From NCBI GenBank assembly GCA_964016885.1, contig OZ024743.1, forward strand, positions 60,326,001-60,390,000: a stretch of 64,000 nt of DNA. The letters run 5' to 3'. A program made the translations under genes and the position numbers. The notes below the pieces were generated by a model. The model worked only from the letters and a program-made list of their open reading frames with translations. It did no database searches and was not told where the DNA came from. Shown piece by piece: positions 24,794 to 41,599 of the stretch; positions within the stretch are counted from its first letter, which is position 1; each line of letters opens with the position of its first letter. Origin of the DNA: Eledone cirrhosa. Lineage: Eukaryota.

Positions 24794-26896
24794 GCTCAAG
24801 TATTAATGTAAGGGAGATATATAGAGAGATATAGAGAGATATAGAGAGAGAAAAAATTTAAAAATAGCCAGACATATTCGAGGCGTAGAGAACCCTATGT
24901 TTTAATGTATTAGTATTTATAAAACTTACACTATATTGTAAATATCAGTATTCCTGAATGAAACAAGTATTCACAATGCGTGAAAATTCATTATCTTATG
25001 TTTAGTTTTTTAAAAAATTCATATGTCTATGTGAATCCAACTGATTCACTCCGCAAATTCAAAGTTACCGGAAAACATTCTCAATGTGGTATAAAAATTT
25101 GAGCGTATTATTATTCTTGCGATTACTCTACAAGATTATCTATCAAGCAGAAATAGAGAGCAGATTTCAATATACTAATCGAAAATATATATTATATTAT
25201 AAGCAGAGATAACAATAATAATGATAATAAGTAAAAATATATAAAAATATAAAAATATAGAATAGAAAACTAAAAGAGAATATTACGAAAGAATATTACA
25301 TAATAAAAATATTGCATATTAAAAATACTACGTATTAAAAATATTACGTATTAAAACTTTACATATAAAAATATTAAAAATAAAAATTTACATATAAAAA
25401 TATTAAAAAATATTAAAAATAAAAATAAAATAAAATAAAAAACGGCACTATCAGGTGTACTCTGGCAACTTAAGCTAGATAACGTTAGATATTCGACGGC
25501 TTGGAATATAGTCTCAAGAGGGATTCCTTTTAATTCATCCTCTGAGACATGTGACCTCTGCGCAGAGGAGATATTCTTTATACTAAAATCTAAAAATTCC
25601 CTTAACCTACGGACAAATTTATTCAGTTGTTGCAAACATAGATTAAACTCAACGTTTAAATATAAATTTAAATTTAAAATGTAGTATATTTAGTTTGATT
25701 TATATTTATATGAGAACTAGCCGATAAATCTTTTGATTCCTAAATCTTTGATTCCCTCTTTTTACTCTTTTTATTGTTTATTTTATTTTATTTATTTTTA
25801 TTTTTATTTTTATTTTTATTTTTATTTTTATTTTTATTTTTATTTTTATTTTTATTTTTATCTAAACATTCCTCATGAAAAATTAAGCTACCCTAAAAGC
25901 CGATGCTCCAAATTTTTTGAATTAACCTTACACTTGATAAACTTATATATTAAATATAGGAGCATATGTAGACATTATTGGACATCATAATCTTTTTTTT
26001 TTTTTTTGCGATATTCCTTGCTAGATGTGATTTGATAGATAATTTTTTGGCTTTGTCTTGTAGTGAACTTGGCAATATATTGTCAATTAACTTTGAAGGG
26101 TTGTTCTTTGTGGTTTATTTTTATTTTCATTTTTATTTTTATTTTTATTTTATTTTTATTTTATTTTTATTTTTATTTTTATTTTTATTTTTATTTTTAT
26201 TTTTTATTTTTATTCTTTTAGTATTGTAGTATTCTATAATATTTTTATTTTTTATTTTATTTTATTTTTATTTTTAATATTTTTTAATATTTTTATATGT
26301 AAATTTTTATTTTTAATATTTTTATATGTAAAGTTTTAATACGTAATATTTTTAATACGTAGTATTTTTAATATGCAATATTTTTATTATGTAATATTCT
26401 TTCGTAATATTCTCTTTTAGTTTTCTATTCTATATTTTTATATTTTTATATATTTTTACTTATTATCATTATTATTGTTATCTCTGCTTATAATATAATA
26501 TATATTTTCGATTAGTATATTGAAATCTGCTCTCTATTTCTGCTTGATAGATAATCTTGTAGAGTAATCGCAAGAATAATAATACGCTCAAATTTTTATA
26601 CCACATTGAGAATGTTTTCCGGTAACTTTGAATTTGCGGAGTGAATCAGTTGGATTCACATAGACATATGAATTTTTTAAAAAACTAAACATAAGATAAT
26701 GAATTTTCACGCATTGTGAATACTTGTTTCATTCAGGAATACTGATATTTACAATATAGTGTAAGTTTTATAAATACTAATACATTAAAACATAGGGTTC
26801 TCTACGCCTCGAATATGTCTGGCTATTTTTAAATTTTTTCTCTCTCTATATCTCTCTATATCTCTCTATATATCTCCCTTACATTAATACTTGAGC

Positions 26897-26927
<31 letters not shown>

Positions 26928-27310
26928 ATGCATCATTGATACACTTACTCAAAATGACCTCCCACTACCTAATTTTTCTATATCTATATTTATATATGTA
27001 TCTATCTCTACTTCCTCTCTCTCTCTATATATATATATATCTCTTTCTGTCTCTTTACATGAAGCTCTTCGCTTTATCTATTTTTCCATCTCTCTATTTT
27101 GTCCCATGCATTTCTTCTTTTTCTTTTTCTTTTTCTTTTTCTTCTTTTTCTTCCTTTTCTTCGTTTTGTCTTTCTTTCTTTCCTATTTCCCTCTTTTCTC
27201 TCTCTCTTTCTTTCTCTCTGTATTTTCACTGCTAGAGTGAACCTCTTCAAATGATGTTGATGTTTATTACGGTATGTCGAATATATTTATCTATAAAACT
27301 GTTTATATTG

Positions 27311-27376
27311 TATTTTGTCTGATGAAGGCATAGCATATTGTTAATATGATATCCCCGAAATATATATAATGAAATA
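27311..27376 (+). ncRNA. Type I HHR of PLE-2 pLTR (copies 31514-31579 + and 24316-24381 -)
   Basis: tattttgt-CTGATGA-aggcatag-catatt-gtt-aatatg-atatcccc-GAAA-TATAT-ATA-atgaaata; stem I pairs with GU wobbles; palindromic stem III. Confidence 0.8.
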
Positions 27377-27555
27377 AATATGGTTTTATAAATATAGTTT
27401 TCCATTTATTTAATATTGTAAATATACTCCAAGTATTTGTCGAGTGCTTTTATATCAGTTATAAATATTTACTAGTTGTAACCCAACAATTTTAAATATA
27501 ACTTTACATGTATCTTGCTCCAATACTGTTGAGCGCTTTATATTATAACTGAAAA

Positions 27556-29769
27556 ATGGAATTCTTTAAGATTACTTCCTCTCTAAAAGACATACCTCTA
27601 CCTAGAAACAAAGACTTTGTAAAACAACTAATAGATAAATCTGACTCTTTTATAAGGAGAATCAGGTGGCGTGCATTCCACTTTGATAAATTTAATGCAG
27701 ACGAAAATATCTCGGACTTAAACAAAGTTTTCAAATCTAAAAGAAATCCACCCCCTAACAAACTTTTATCTGACTTTGAAAACGATATAATTTCTATCAT
27801 ACAAGGGGTCAAATTCAAGAGAAACTTTAAAGGCCAAGAATATCTGAAAGGCATTAAGGATAACATTGAGAGCTTAGAGAAAACTGAGAAGATCTTGGTG
27901 AAATCTGACAAGACCAACAACCTCTATGGAGTGCAGAAAGACATGTATAATGGCCTCATACTGAAAGAGCTGAGGAAAAAATACAAGGTAGCAGATAAGA
28001 CCGAACTTGAGAAAATGAATGTTGAAGCATCTTGTATAATGCATGAGTTGGAAATTGAGAACAGAACACAACCTTTCGTGCCCAGGAAACCGAAGATCAA
28101 TATGAAGGACCACAAGAGGAATTTTGAGATTGACCTGCCAGTTAGATTGATCGCACCTTCAAAATCGGACCTGGGCAAATTAAGCAAAAACATTCTTGAC
28201 AGGGTGATACTGCAAATTAAGAACTTGGATTATGTATCTAACCTGAGCTTGTGGAAGGGAACTGGAGAGGTTGTTGAGTGGTTTAGGCAAATTAAATATG
28301 ACAATAATAATAGGTTGATTCAACTTGATATAGCTAACTATTATTCTTCTATTACCCCTAGTCTACTAAATAAGGCACTAAATTACGCATTCAAACATAC
28401 GGACCTAACTAGCAAAGAAATGCATATTATATTATCGGCTAGGAAAACTTTGATAGAATTTGATGACAAATTATGGACCAGAGCAGATAGAGATAGCAAT
28501 TTTGACATAACTATGGGATCTTCCGACTCAGCTCAGGTAACTGACCTTGTGGGCTTATTTTTAATCAATTCGCTACATAGGAAAATACCTGGTACTACCG
28601 GAGGTTTATATAGGGATGACATGCTTTTACTTATTAATAATAATAACCCTGAACTAAATAGAAAATGTAAACAAATTACAAAATTTTTTAATTACTTTAA
28701 CCTTAAAATAGAAATTGAGAACAACCATAGAATAGTCAATTTCCTAGATATAACATTAAATCTCAACACATGTCTCCACTATCCTTTTCACAAGTTGAAT
28801 GAAAACTTAAACTATGTCAACTTTAACTCTAACCACCCCAGATCTGTCAAAAACACTATAGTAAACTCAGTCCAAAAACGTATCTCTAGGATCTCGTCGA
28901 ATAGAAAGATTTTTGACGAAAAGGCCCAATACTATAATGATGCACTAGCTAGGGCAGGGTATGCTGATAAGATTGGGTACATAGATAATGATAAACAAAC
29001 TAAACAAAGTAACAACTTTTTTAATGACGGCAACAACATTAACAACTATAATAGAAAGCATTACAATAATTCCAAAGGAAAAAAAAGAAATAGAACTAGG
29101 AACATAATTTGGTTTGCCCCCCCTTTCTCACTAAACATTAAAACCCACATCGCTAAATTATTTTTCAAAGCTCTTGATAATCGCTTCCCTAGAACACATA
29201 GGTACCACTCAATCTTCAATAGGCATACAATTAAATTAACCTACTCATCCACCAAAAATTTAGCACAAAATATTAATAGAATAAATAATAGGAACTTAAA
29301 ACCTACGGATAATAGCATAAATAATATACAAGTTAACAAATGTAACTGTAGAGATAGATCTAAATGTCCGTTAAATAACAACTGCTTAGTTAAAAATATA
29401 GTATACAATTGTAATGTTAATACTGACTCTAATTCTTTTAACTACGTCGGTTCCACATCGACGGAATTTAAACTTCGCTATAATAACCACAAGAATTCTT
29501 TCACAGATCCAAATAAAAAATCTTCAACGGCACTATCAGGTGTACTCTGGCAACTTAAGCTAGATAACGTTAGATATTCGACGGCTTGGAATATAGTCTC
29601 AAGAGGGATTCCTTTTAATTCATCCTCTGAGACATGTGACCTCTGCGCAGAGGAGATATTCTTTATACTAAAATCTAAAAATTCCTTTAACCTACGGACA
29701 AATTTATTCAGTTGTTGCAAACATAGATTAAACTCAACGTTTAAATATAAATTTAAATTTAAAATGTAG
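27556..29769 (+). CDS. Intact PLE reverse transcriptase + C-terminal GIY-YIG endonuclease, 737 aa (probably Nematis-like)
   Basis: Uninterrupted ORF: IQLDIANYYSSI, ITMGSSDS, GLYRDDML, NFLDITL; linker CNCRDRSKCPLNNNCL; NIVYNC..YVGST..FKLRYNNH..CDLCAEE..CCKH. Confidence 0.96.
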   Translation: MEFFKITSSLKDIPLPRNKDFVKQLIDKSDSFIRRIRWRAFHFDKFNADENISDLNKVFKSKRNPPPNKLLSDFENDIISIIQGVKFKRNFKGQEYLKGIKDNIESLEKTEKILVKSDKTNNLYGVQKDMYNGLILKELRKKYKVADKTELEKMNVEASCIMHELEIENRTQPFVPRKPKINMKDHKRNFEIDLPVRLIAPSKSDLGKLSKNILDRVILQIKNLDYVSNLSLWKGTGEVVEWFRQIKYDNNNRLIQLDIANYYSSITPSLLNKALNYAFKHTDLTSKEMHIILSARKTLIEFDDKLWTRADRDSNFDITMGSSDSAQVTDLVGLFLINSLHRKIPGTTGGLYRDDMLLLINNNNPELNRKCKQITKFFNYFNLKIEIENNHRIVNFLDITLNLNTCLHYPFHKLNENLNYVNFNSNHPRSVKNTIVNSVQKRISRISSNRKIFDEKAQYYNDALARAGYADKIGYIDNDKQTKQSNNFFNDGNNINNYNRKHYNNSKGKKRNRTRNIIWFAPPFSLNIKTHIAKLFFKALDNRFPRTHRYHSIFNRHTIKLTYSSTKNLAQNINRINNRNLKPTDNSINNIQVNKCNCRDRSKCPLNNNCLVKNIVYNCNVNTDSNSFNYVGSTSTEFKLRYNNHKNSFTDPNKKSSTALSGVLWQLKLDNVRYSTAWNIVSRGIPFNSSSETCDLCAEEIFFILKSKNSFNLRTNLFSCCKHRLNSTFKYKFKFKM

Positions 29770-31097
29770 TATATTTAGTTTGATTTATATTTATATGAGA
29801 ACTAGCCGATAAATCTTTTGATTCCTAAATCTTTGATTCCCTCTTTTTACTCTTTTTATTGTTTATTTTATTTTATTTATTTTTATTTTTATTTTTATTT
29901 TTATTTTTATTTTTATTTTTATTTTTATTTTTATTTTTATTTTTATTTTTATTTTTATTTTTATTTTTATTTTTATTTTTATTTTTATTTTTATTTTTAT
30001 TTTTATTTTTATTTTTATTTTTATTTTTATTTTTATCTAAACATTCCTCATGAAAAATTAAGCTACCCTAAAAGCCGATGCTCCAAATTTTTTGAATTAA
30101 CCTTACACTTGATAAACTTATATATTAAATATAGGAGCATATGTAGACATTATTGGACATCATAATCTTTTTTTTTTTTTGCGATATTCCTTGCTAGATG
30201 TGATTTGATAGATAATTTTTTGGCTTTGTCTTGTAGTGAACTTGGCAATATATTGTCAATTAACTTTGAAGGGTTGTTCTTTGTGGTTTATTTTTATTTT
30301 CATTTTTATTTTTATTTTTATTTTTATTTTTATTTTTATTTTTATTTTTATTTTTATTTTTATTTTTATTTTTATTTTTATTTTTATTTTTATTTTTATT
30401 TTTATTTTTATTTTTTATTTTTATTCTTTTAGTATTGTAGTATTCTATAATATTTTTATTTTTTATTTTATTTTATTTTTATTTTTAATATTTTTTAATA
30501 TTTTTATATGTAAATTTTTATTTTTAATATTTTTATATGTAAAGTTTTAATACGTAATATTTTTAATACGTAGTATTTTTAATATGCAATATTTTTATTA
30601 TGTAATATTCTTTCGTAATATTCTCTTTTAGTTTTCTATTCTATATTTTTATATTTTTATATATTTTTACTTATTATCATTATTATTGTTATCTCTGCTT
30701 ATAATATAATATATATTTTCGATTAGTATATTGAAATCTGCTCTCTATTTCTGCTTGATAGATAATCTTGTAGAGTAATCGCAAGAATAATAATACGCTC
30801 AAATTTTTATACCACATTGAGAATGTTTTCCGGTAACTTTGAATTTGCGGAGTGAATCAGTTGGATTCACATAGACATATGAATTTTTTAAAAAACTAAA
30901 CATAAGATAATGAATTTTCACGCATTGTGAATACTTGTTTCATTCAGGAATACTGATATTTACAATATAGTGTAAGTTTTATAAATACTAATACATTAAA
31001 ACATAGGGTTCTCTACGCCTCGAATATGTCTGGCTATTTTTAAATTTTTTCTCTCTCTATATCTCTCTATATATCTCCCTTACATTAATACTTGAGC

Positions 31098-31136
<39 letters not shown>

Positions 31137-31707
31137 ATGCATCATTGATACACTTACTCAAAATGACCTCCCACTACCTAATTTTTCTATATCTATATTT
31201 ATATATGTATCTATCTCTACTTCCTCTCTCTCTCTATATATATATATATCTCTTTCTGTCTCTTTACATGAAGCTCTTCGCTTTATCTATTTTTCCATCT
31301 CTCTATTTTGTCCCATGCATTTCTTCTTTTTCTTTTTCTTTTTCTTCTTTTTCTTCCTTTTCTTCGTTTTGTCTTTCTTTCTTTCCTATTTCCCTCTTTT
31401 CTCTCTCTCTTTCTTTCTCTCTGTATTTTCACTGCTAGAGTGAACCTCTTCAAATGATGTTGATGTTTATTACGGTATGTCGAATATATTTATCTATAAA
31501 ACTGTTTATATTGTATTTTGTCTGATGAAGGCATAGCATATTGTTAATATGATATCCCCGAAATATATATAATGAAATAAATATGGTTTTATAAATATAG
31601 TTTTCCATTTATTTAATATTGTAAATATACTCCAAGTATTTGTCGAGTGCTTTTATATCAGTTATAAATATTTACTAGTTGTAACCCAACAATTTTAAAT
31701 ATAACTT

Positions 31708-31756
<49 letters not shown>

Positions 31757-32809
31757 GGAGGTATCCACAGTAAGTTGTGGCGTCTATCCTGCATGAAGAA
31801 CTCGATGTAATCCATATGTTGAAAATGTTGTAGGTTAAGATAAATCTCAGAAAACAATAAAACATTAAAAGGAAAACAGAATCATGATATAAGTTAAAAC
31901 AATGAAATTAAAAATCAAGTCATTAGAGATATACTTCACTGCTTTACGATCGTTTCTAGATGATAATAATATATTGTAGCTATACTGGGTTATTGATATA
32001 TGTAAGGTTAGTTACAAACTATGAAATAAAGAGAATATTTACTTACATGCATATCACCAGCTGTTTCCAAATGCAATAATAATTTTATTCAATAATAATT
32101 TTTTTCAGAATTAGTAGTATGTTAGTAGTATGTCCTTTGTTGGAGGTAGTTGAAGGAATCAACTAAAGAATCAAATTGTTTTTTTCATATGGTGTTAAGA
32201 TGAAAAGTAATACACTTTAGTTGAGGTCATGATACTTTGAAAGGAATGGTTGTAGGGTGTTAATAGTAGAGTTGGCATAAAGATCTATTAGGAGGAAAGG
32301 GATTGTCAAACTGATAGTTGAATGTATCTGGTATAGTGAATTTAAAAGGAAAGTGAAAATAAATGGTGATTAGTGTTGTATTGAGTTTTAGGTGAATATA
32401 AATTAAGGTTATGGCTAGGAAAGATAGTATATTAAAAGATGAAAATTATAATAAGATAATGAAATACAGTAATGCGATAATATACAACTTAACCAACACA
32501 ATATAGTATGGTGTAGTAAATTGCACTTAGTATAATATAGGATATGATACGCTCTAAAATACCATCAAGTATGTTTATGCATAAATAATCAAACTCAGAT
32601 AAATACTTGTTAGCATAGTTAAAACACATAAATTTCATATATTCACACCACATATAGAGAGACGTGCAGTTATATTGATATCCAACCAAAAATATACATA
32701 CGCACAAATAGATGCAAACCTAAATACACATTTACACATATGCACACAATGATATACATACATATCCATACATATCTATATCCACACATACACATCTATA
32801 CCCACATAT

Positions 32810-32840
<31 letters not shown>

Positions 32841-32850
32841 CTCACACTCC

Positions 32851-32905
<55 letters not shown>

Positions 32906-32936
32906 ACACATACACATACATATACATATATATATA

Positions 32937-35603
<2,667 letters not shown>

Positions 35604-37961
35604 TACACATATATATACACATGTGTGAGCATATGTACACTCCTCGTACATGTTCACATACTCATATATAAACACTCATACACCTATACTCACATATACA
35701 CACACACACAAACACACACATATATATATATACATATATAAACATATACATACACACATACATATATAAGTATATATACATACACACATACACATACATA
35801 AATATATATACACAATATGTTGAAAAGGTAACACACCAGAGGAATAAAAACACAGCATTAGGAATAAAAACTCAGCTTCATTCATTCAATTCGACATCTA
35901 TTCTTACTATTCTTCGATTTCTCCAATTCTTTTAAAAAGCACTGATCTTTGCCAGAAATAGATCGGATTTATCTACTGAGGAAATCAACATCATAACTCA
36001 CGCTACAAAAACCTTACTAAACTTCCAAGAGGAATACTGAACAAGAAACACGTATAATAACTTATTCGATATTATGATGGGATCCATGGACTCTGCTCAA
36101 GTTAAAAACCTCGTTGGACTATTTCTCCTCTATAAGATTCATGACTCTTTTCCCCACCTCAAAGTTGGTCTTGATCGGGATGATTGCCTATTGTTATCCA
36201 ACAATCTTAGCAATTCCAATATAGAAAAGAACAAAAAACAAATTAGAAAATTTCTCAAGGACTATTACAGCCTTAGCATCACTTTTGAAAACACTTCAAA
36301 AGTAGCTAATTTCCTTGACCTTACCTTAGACCTCTCTACGAATGCTTATCAACCTTACCACAAACCTAACCAGAATCTACATTATGTAGAACTTAGTATA
36401 TAACATATCTCTTAGACTTTCTAAATTATCTTCCAATGAAGATTTATTTTATAATAATACATCCTTCTATAACGAGGCTTTAACTAGAAGTGGATATAAA
36501 GAAAAAAATCTCATATATCCCCAAAACTACTATGGACCAAAACATAAAACCTAACAAAAACTACAATCACCAAAAAATACCATTGAAACAAATACCTAAA
36601 GTGGTTATTCCTATTACACCAAACAACCGAAAAACCACAACAACTATTACTACACGATCTATGACCAATGTTATCAACCCAAATATGAATACCAAGTACT
36701 TAAAATCTCATAATATACACAAAAATAACACCAAATACAACCAAGATAATTTACCAAATTCCACATATAAGGACACTAAGCATAGGAATTCTTCTAGAAC
36801 ACAACACATTAATATAACTGATAATAAGAACTTAACTAAAAACCGCAAAAGAAACATAACATTGTACACGCACCCTTCAACCTGCAAACTATTGGACAAA
36901 TCTCCCAAAAATTCTTTGAAATTCTACATAAACATTTTCCACCAAACCACAGATACCACCAAATATTTAACAAATATACTGTTAAATTCTCATACTCTAC
37001 ATCAAGCAATCTCCAACAAAAGATAAGCAATTACAACATTTATAAACATAAAAATAATATGCCTACACCACCGCAACGTAATTTAAATAGGACTACACCT
37101 TTGAAAAAGGCAAATAATACAATCCTTCAACCTAGAAAACACAACCACCCAAATCACCAACACAAAAGCAACAGAACACAAAATCACAATACAACCCTAG
37201 CACCAAACAACCCACAAAGCAACCTTCATTCTCCTGATATCATTAATTACTATAGGAATAGCTCAAGGGTTAATGAGAATAGTATAGACACCCCCAACAA
37301 CCATCTTACGAATGGCTGTAATTGCAGAAATAGAAGCACTTGCCCCTTAAATGGAAACTGTTTGATTAATAATGTAATATTTAAATGCACTGTGTCTACT
37401 ACAGACTCAAATAAAACATATATATGATCTACATCAAATACATTTAAGAAAAGATTTTACGCACACTCTAGTAGTTTCAACAATACTAAACTAGCTAGCA
37501 CCACATTTTAGATGAAGCGGTAAAAAATGATAAAAAGATAAAAATAGATTTCAAGTTATCGTGGAACACCATTCTACAAAGAACTCCATATATTGGGAAC
37601 AGGATGGAATGCAGAGTATGTTCAGGGGATATCTTGGAAATTACTAAATCTAAGGACGATTTATTAAATAAAAGAGAGGATTTGATCATAATTTGTAATC
37701 AACGTATACGAAGAACATTTAAATACTATAAACCTAATTAAATACTATAAACCTAATTAAATATTCTAAATAGCAACGCACTATAATTCCATATAGAGTA
37801 ACATTTATTAGTACCGCTTTCCCCTAATTATATGCATTCATACTTATTTTTGCCTTTTAATGTATTAGCTTCCTTAGATTTATGCGTTAATGACTAAAGG
37901 CAACAAGATACACATTGCATGAGTAAATAATACATCTATGTTTCATATGGAAATATATTTA

Positions 37962-38039
<78 letters not shown>

Positions 38040-38219
38040 TATATATATATATATATATGTGTGTGTGTATATATATGTATGTATGTGTATGTGTGTATGT
38101 ATATATACTTATATACGTATGTGTGTATGTGTATGTGTGTATGTATAGGTATATATATGTACATATACATGTGTATATGTGTGTGTGTGTATGTGTATAT
38201 ATATATATATATTTATATA

Positions 38220-39767
38220 AGAATTAAAATACTAGAGTGTGTTGGAGTTAAACACCCTCTTCATATTATAGAAATGACAGTAAAGGTATAGCTCAATGTA
38301 ATTAAACAGAGCCGAAGAATTAAGAAAATAAACCAAAGAAGCCTTCAATACATCAAAAGTCTTTATTAGCCAACAATGTTTCGTCCTATTAAGGACTCAT
38401 CAGGGCAAGTAAAGCTATAAGAAGCACTATCGGCCAATACAAGCCAAAAACTCAGAAGAATATGGAGTATACATACATTAAAGCATAGGAAAATTATCAA
38501 GTAAAAATTATCAAGTAAAGTGAATAACATTTTGAACCATATTACAAATAGAGTACAATGCAAAAACTAAAGCTAACCACAAGTGGTGATATAAAGCAAG
38601 AATTACAGTACTAAATATGATATAATATAATATAATATAATATAATATAATATAATATAATATAATATAATATAATATAATATAATATAATTGATAATGA
38701 TAATAATAATAATATTAAAAGGCCCAATAAACATATATATATACATATGTACACATATACATATACATATATATATCAATACACATATCCATCAATACAA
38801 ACACAAACTAACACCTATTATAGAGTTTAAATATAAATAAAAATAAAAATAAAAATAATACATATATTATTTACAGTATAAAATGATAAAGAAATGAGTA
38901 AAAGTAAACATATAAAATATAATATACTATATAATTATATAATTAATAATCTCCGGTCAATTTGCACAAACAGTATAAGTATTACAATAACACTATAATA
39001 ACAATATAATATATTGGCATATAACTTAACAAATCATATAATTAGTTCTGTATGATATTTTTTTCTCACCATGTGTGTAACTTTATTTGATTTGTTAAGT
39101 TATATGCCAATATATTATAATATTGTTATTATAGTGTTATTGTAATACTTATACTGTTTGTGCAAATTGACCGGAGATTATTAATTATATAATTATAAAG
39201 TATATTATATTTTATATGTTTACTTTTACTCATTTTTTATCATTTTATACAGTAAATAATATATGTATTATTTTTATTTTTATTTTTATTTTTATTTATA
39301 TTTAAACTCTTAATAGGTGTTAGTTTGTGTTTGTATTGATGGATATGTGTACTGATATATATATATGTATATGTATATGTGTACAAAAGTATATATATAT
39401 ATGTTTATTGGGCCTTTTAATATTATTATTATTATCATTATCAATTATATTATATTATATTATATTATATTTAGTACTGTAATTCTTCCTTTATATCACC
39501 ACTTGTGGTTAGCTTTAGTTTTTGCATTGTACTATATTTGTAATATGGTTCAAAATGTTATTCACTTCCTTAGCAATTTTTACTTGATAATTTTTACTTG
39601 ATAATTTTCCTATGCTTTAATGTATGTATACTCCATATTCTTCTGAGTTTTTGGCTTGTATTGGCCGATAGTGCTTCTTATAGCTTTACTTGCACTGATG
39701 AGTCCTTAATAGGACGAAACATTGTTGGCTAATAAAGACTTTTGATGTATTGAAGGCTTCTTGGGTT

Positions 39768-39775
<8 letters not shown>
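38220..39775. mobile_element. Inverted pair of solo pLTRs (~700-bp arms), each with an HHR (38369-38406 -, ~39691-39729 +)
   Basis: 38323-39036 is complementary to 39089-39775; gcc-CTGATGA-gtcct-taat-aggac-GAAAC-att-GTT-ggc. Confidence 0.88.
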
Positions 39776-39808
<33 letters not shown>

Positions 39809-39854
39809 AAGTATGTGTATGTGTATACATATATATATATGTATGTATGTAGGA

Positions 39855-39929
<75 letters not shown>

Positions 39930-39931
<2 letters not shown>

Positions 39932-40203
39932 AGAATGAAACGTAATTTCATCTCTCACTCTTAGTACGACACTTACTTAAATGTAAGTATGTATGTATAC
40001 GTACATACATATATGTATACAGACGTACAGTAGCATGTATATATATATATATATATATATAAATATACATACATATATATACATACAGGCACACATATAT
40101 ATATGCACGTATCAGTTTACCGAACATTTATTATAATGTTCGGTAAACTGATACGTGCATATATAAATGTGTGCCTGTATGTATATATATATATATGTAT
40201 GTA

Positions 40204-40252
<49 letters not shown>

Positions 40253-40304
40253 GCTACTGTACGTCTGTATACATATATGTATGTACGTATACATACATAC
40301 TTAC

Positions 40305-40310
<6 letters not shown>
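39930..40310. repeat. Family E fragment folded back on itself at its native hairpin
   Basis: ~39980-40128 is complementary to ~40135-40310 around ccgaacatt-tattat-aatgttcgg. Confidence 0.85.
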
Positions 40311-40396
<86 letters not shown>

Positions 40397-41324
40397 GTGG
40401 GTATAGATGTGTATATGTGGATATAGATATCTATGGATATGTATGTATATGATTATGTGCATACGTGTAAATGTGTATTTAGGTTTTCATCTATTTGTGC
40501 GTATGTATATGTTTGGTTGGATATCAATATAACCGAACCTCTCTCTATATGTGGTGTGAATATATGCACTTTGTAATCTATGAAATGTATGTGTTTTACC
40601 TCTGCCAACAAGTATTTATCTGAGTTTGATTATTTATGCATAAACATACTTGATGGTATTTTAGAGCGTATCATAGCTATATTATACTACGTGTAATATA
40701 CTACACCATACTATATTGTGTTGGTTAAGTTGTATATTATCGCATTACTGTATTTCATTACCTTATTATAATTTTCATCTTTTAATATACTATCTTTCCT
40801 AGCCATAACCTTAATTTATATTCACCTTAAAACTCAATACAACACTCATCACCATTTATTTTGACTTTCCTTTTAAATTCACTATACCAGATACATTCAA
40901 CTATCAGTTTGACAATCCCTTTCCTCCTAATAGATCTTTATGCACACTCTACTATTAACACCCTACAACCATTCCTTTCAAAGTATCATGACCTCAACTA
41001 AAGTGTATTACTTTTCATCTTAACACCATATGAAAAAAACAATTTGATTCTTTAGTTCTGCAACTACCTCCAAATAAGGACATAATACTAACATATTACT
41101 AATTCTGAATAAAATAATTATTGAATAAAATTATTATTGCTTTTGAAAACAGCTGGTGATATGCAGGTAAGTAAATATTCTCTTTATTTGATAGTTTGTA
41201 ACTAACTTTACATAGATCAATAACCGAATATAGCTACAATAATGTATTATCATCATCTAGAAACGATCGTAAATCAGTTAAATATATCTCTAATGACATG
41301 ATTTTTTTCATTTCCTTGTTTTAA

Positions 41325-41368
<44 letters not shown>

Positions 41369-41599
41369 ATATTAATAAATGGAAACTATATTTATAAAAC
41401 CATAATTATTTTATTATATATATTTCACTTATGCATAACTTCTGCATATATATATATATTAGGTATAGGATTACCCAAGATGTAGTAATGGTTAATTACT
41501 ACACTGGATATGGTTGACGTACGGTAAAAGGTTACTCTACGAGTTATGGAAGAATTGTTGAAGAGACTTAGTTCCTGATCCCTCTGTATTCCGCAGTGT

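Larger units (their letters stand above)
24272..31711 (+). mobile_element. PLE-2: young intact PLE insertion = inverted 3' segment (24272-25440) + 5'-truncated tandem copy (25441-~27510) + full unit
   Basis: 25441 onward matches 29526 onward. 24272-25440 is the reverse complement of ~26250-27420. The three UTR copies appear to differ mainly in microsatellite length; (TA)n on both sides. Confidence 0.96.

Noticed and set aside
27556-29769. Telomerase or bacterial retron/group II RT
   Set aside because: The C-terminal GIY-YIG, xMG motif B, pLTRs and HHRs identify a PLE.
41100-41280. Possible HHR(s) in the PLE-F pLTR (gaaaacagctg, gaaacgatcgta)
   Set aside because: Stem III-like palindromes are present, but I could not assign a consistent CUGANGA core and stem I.
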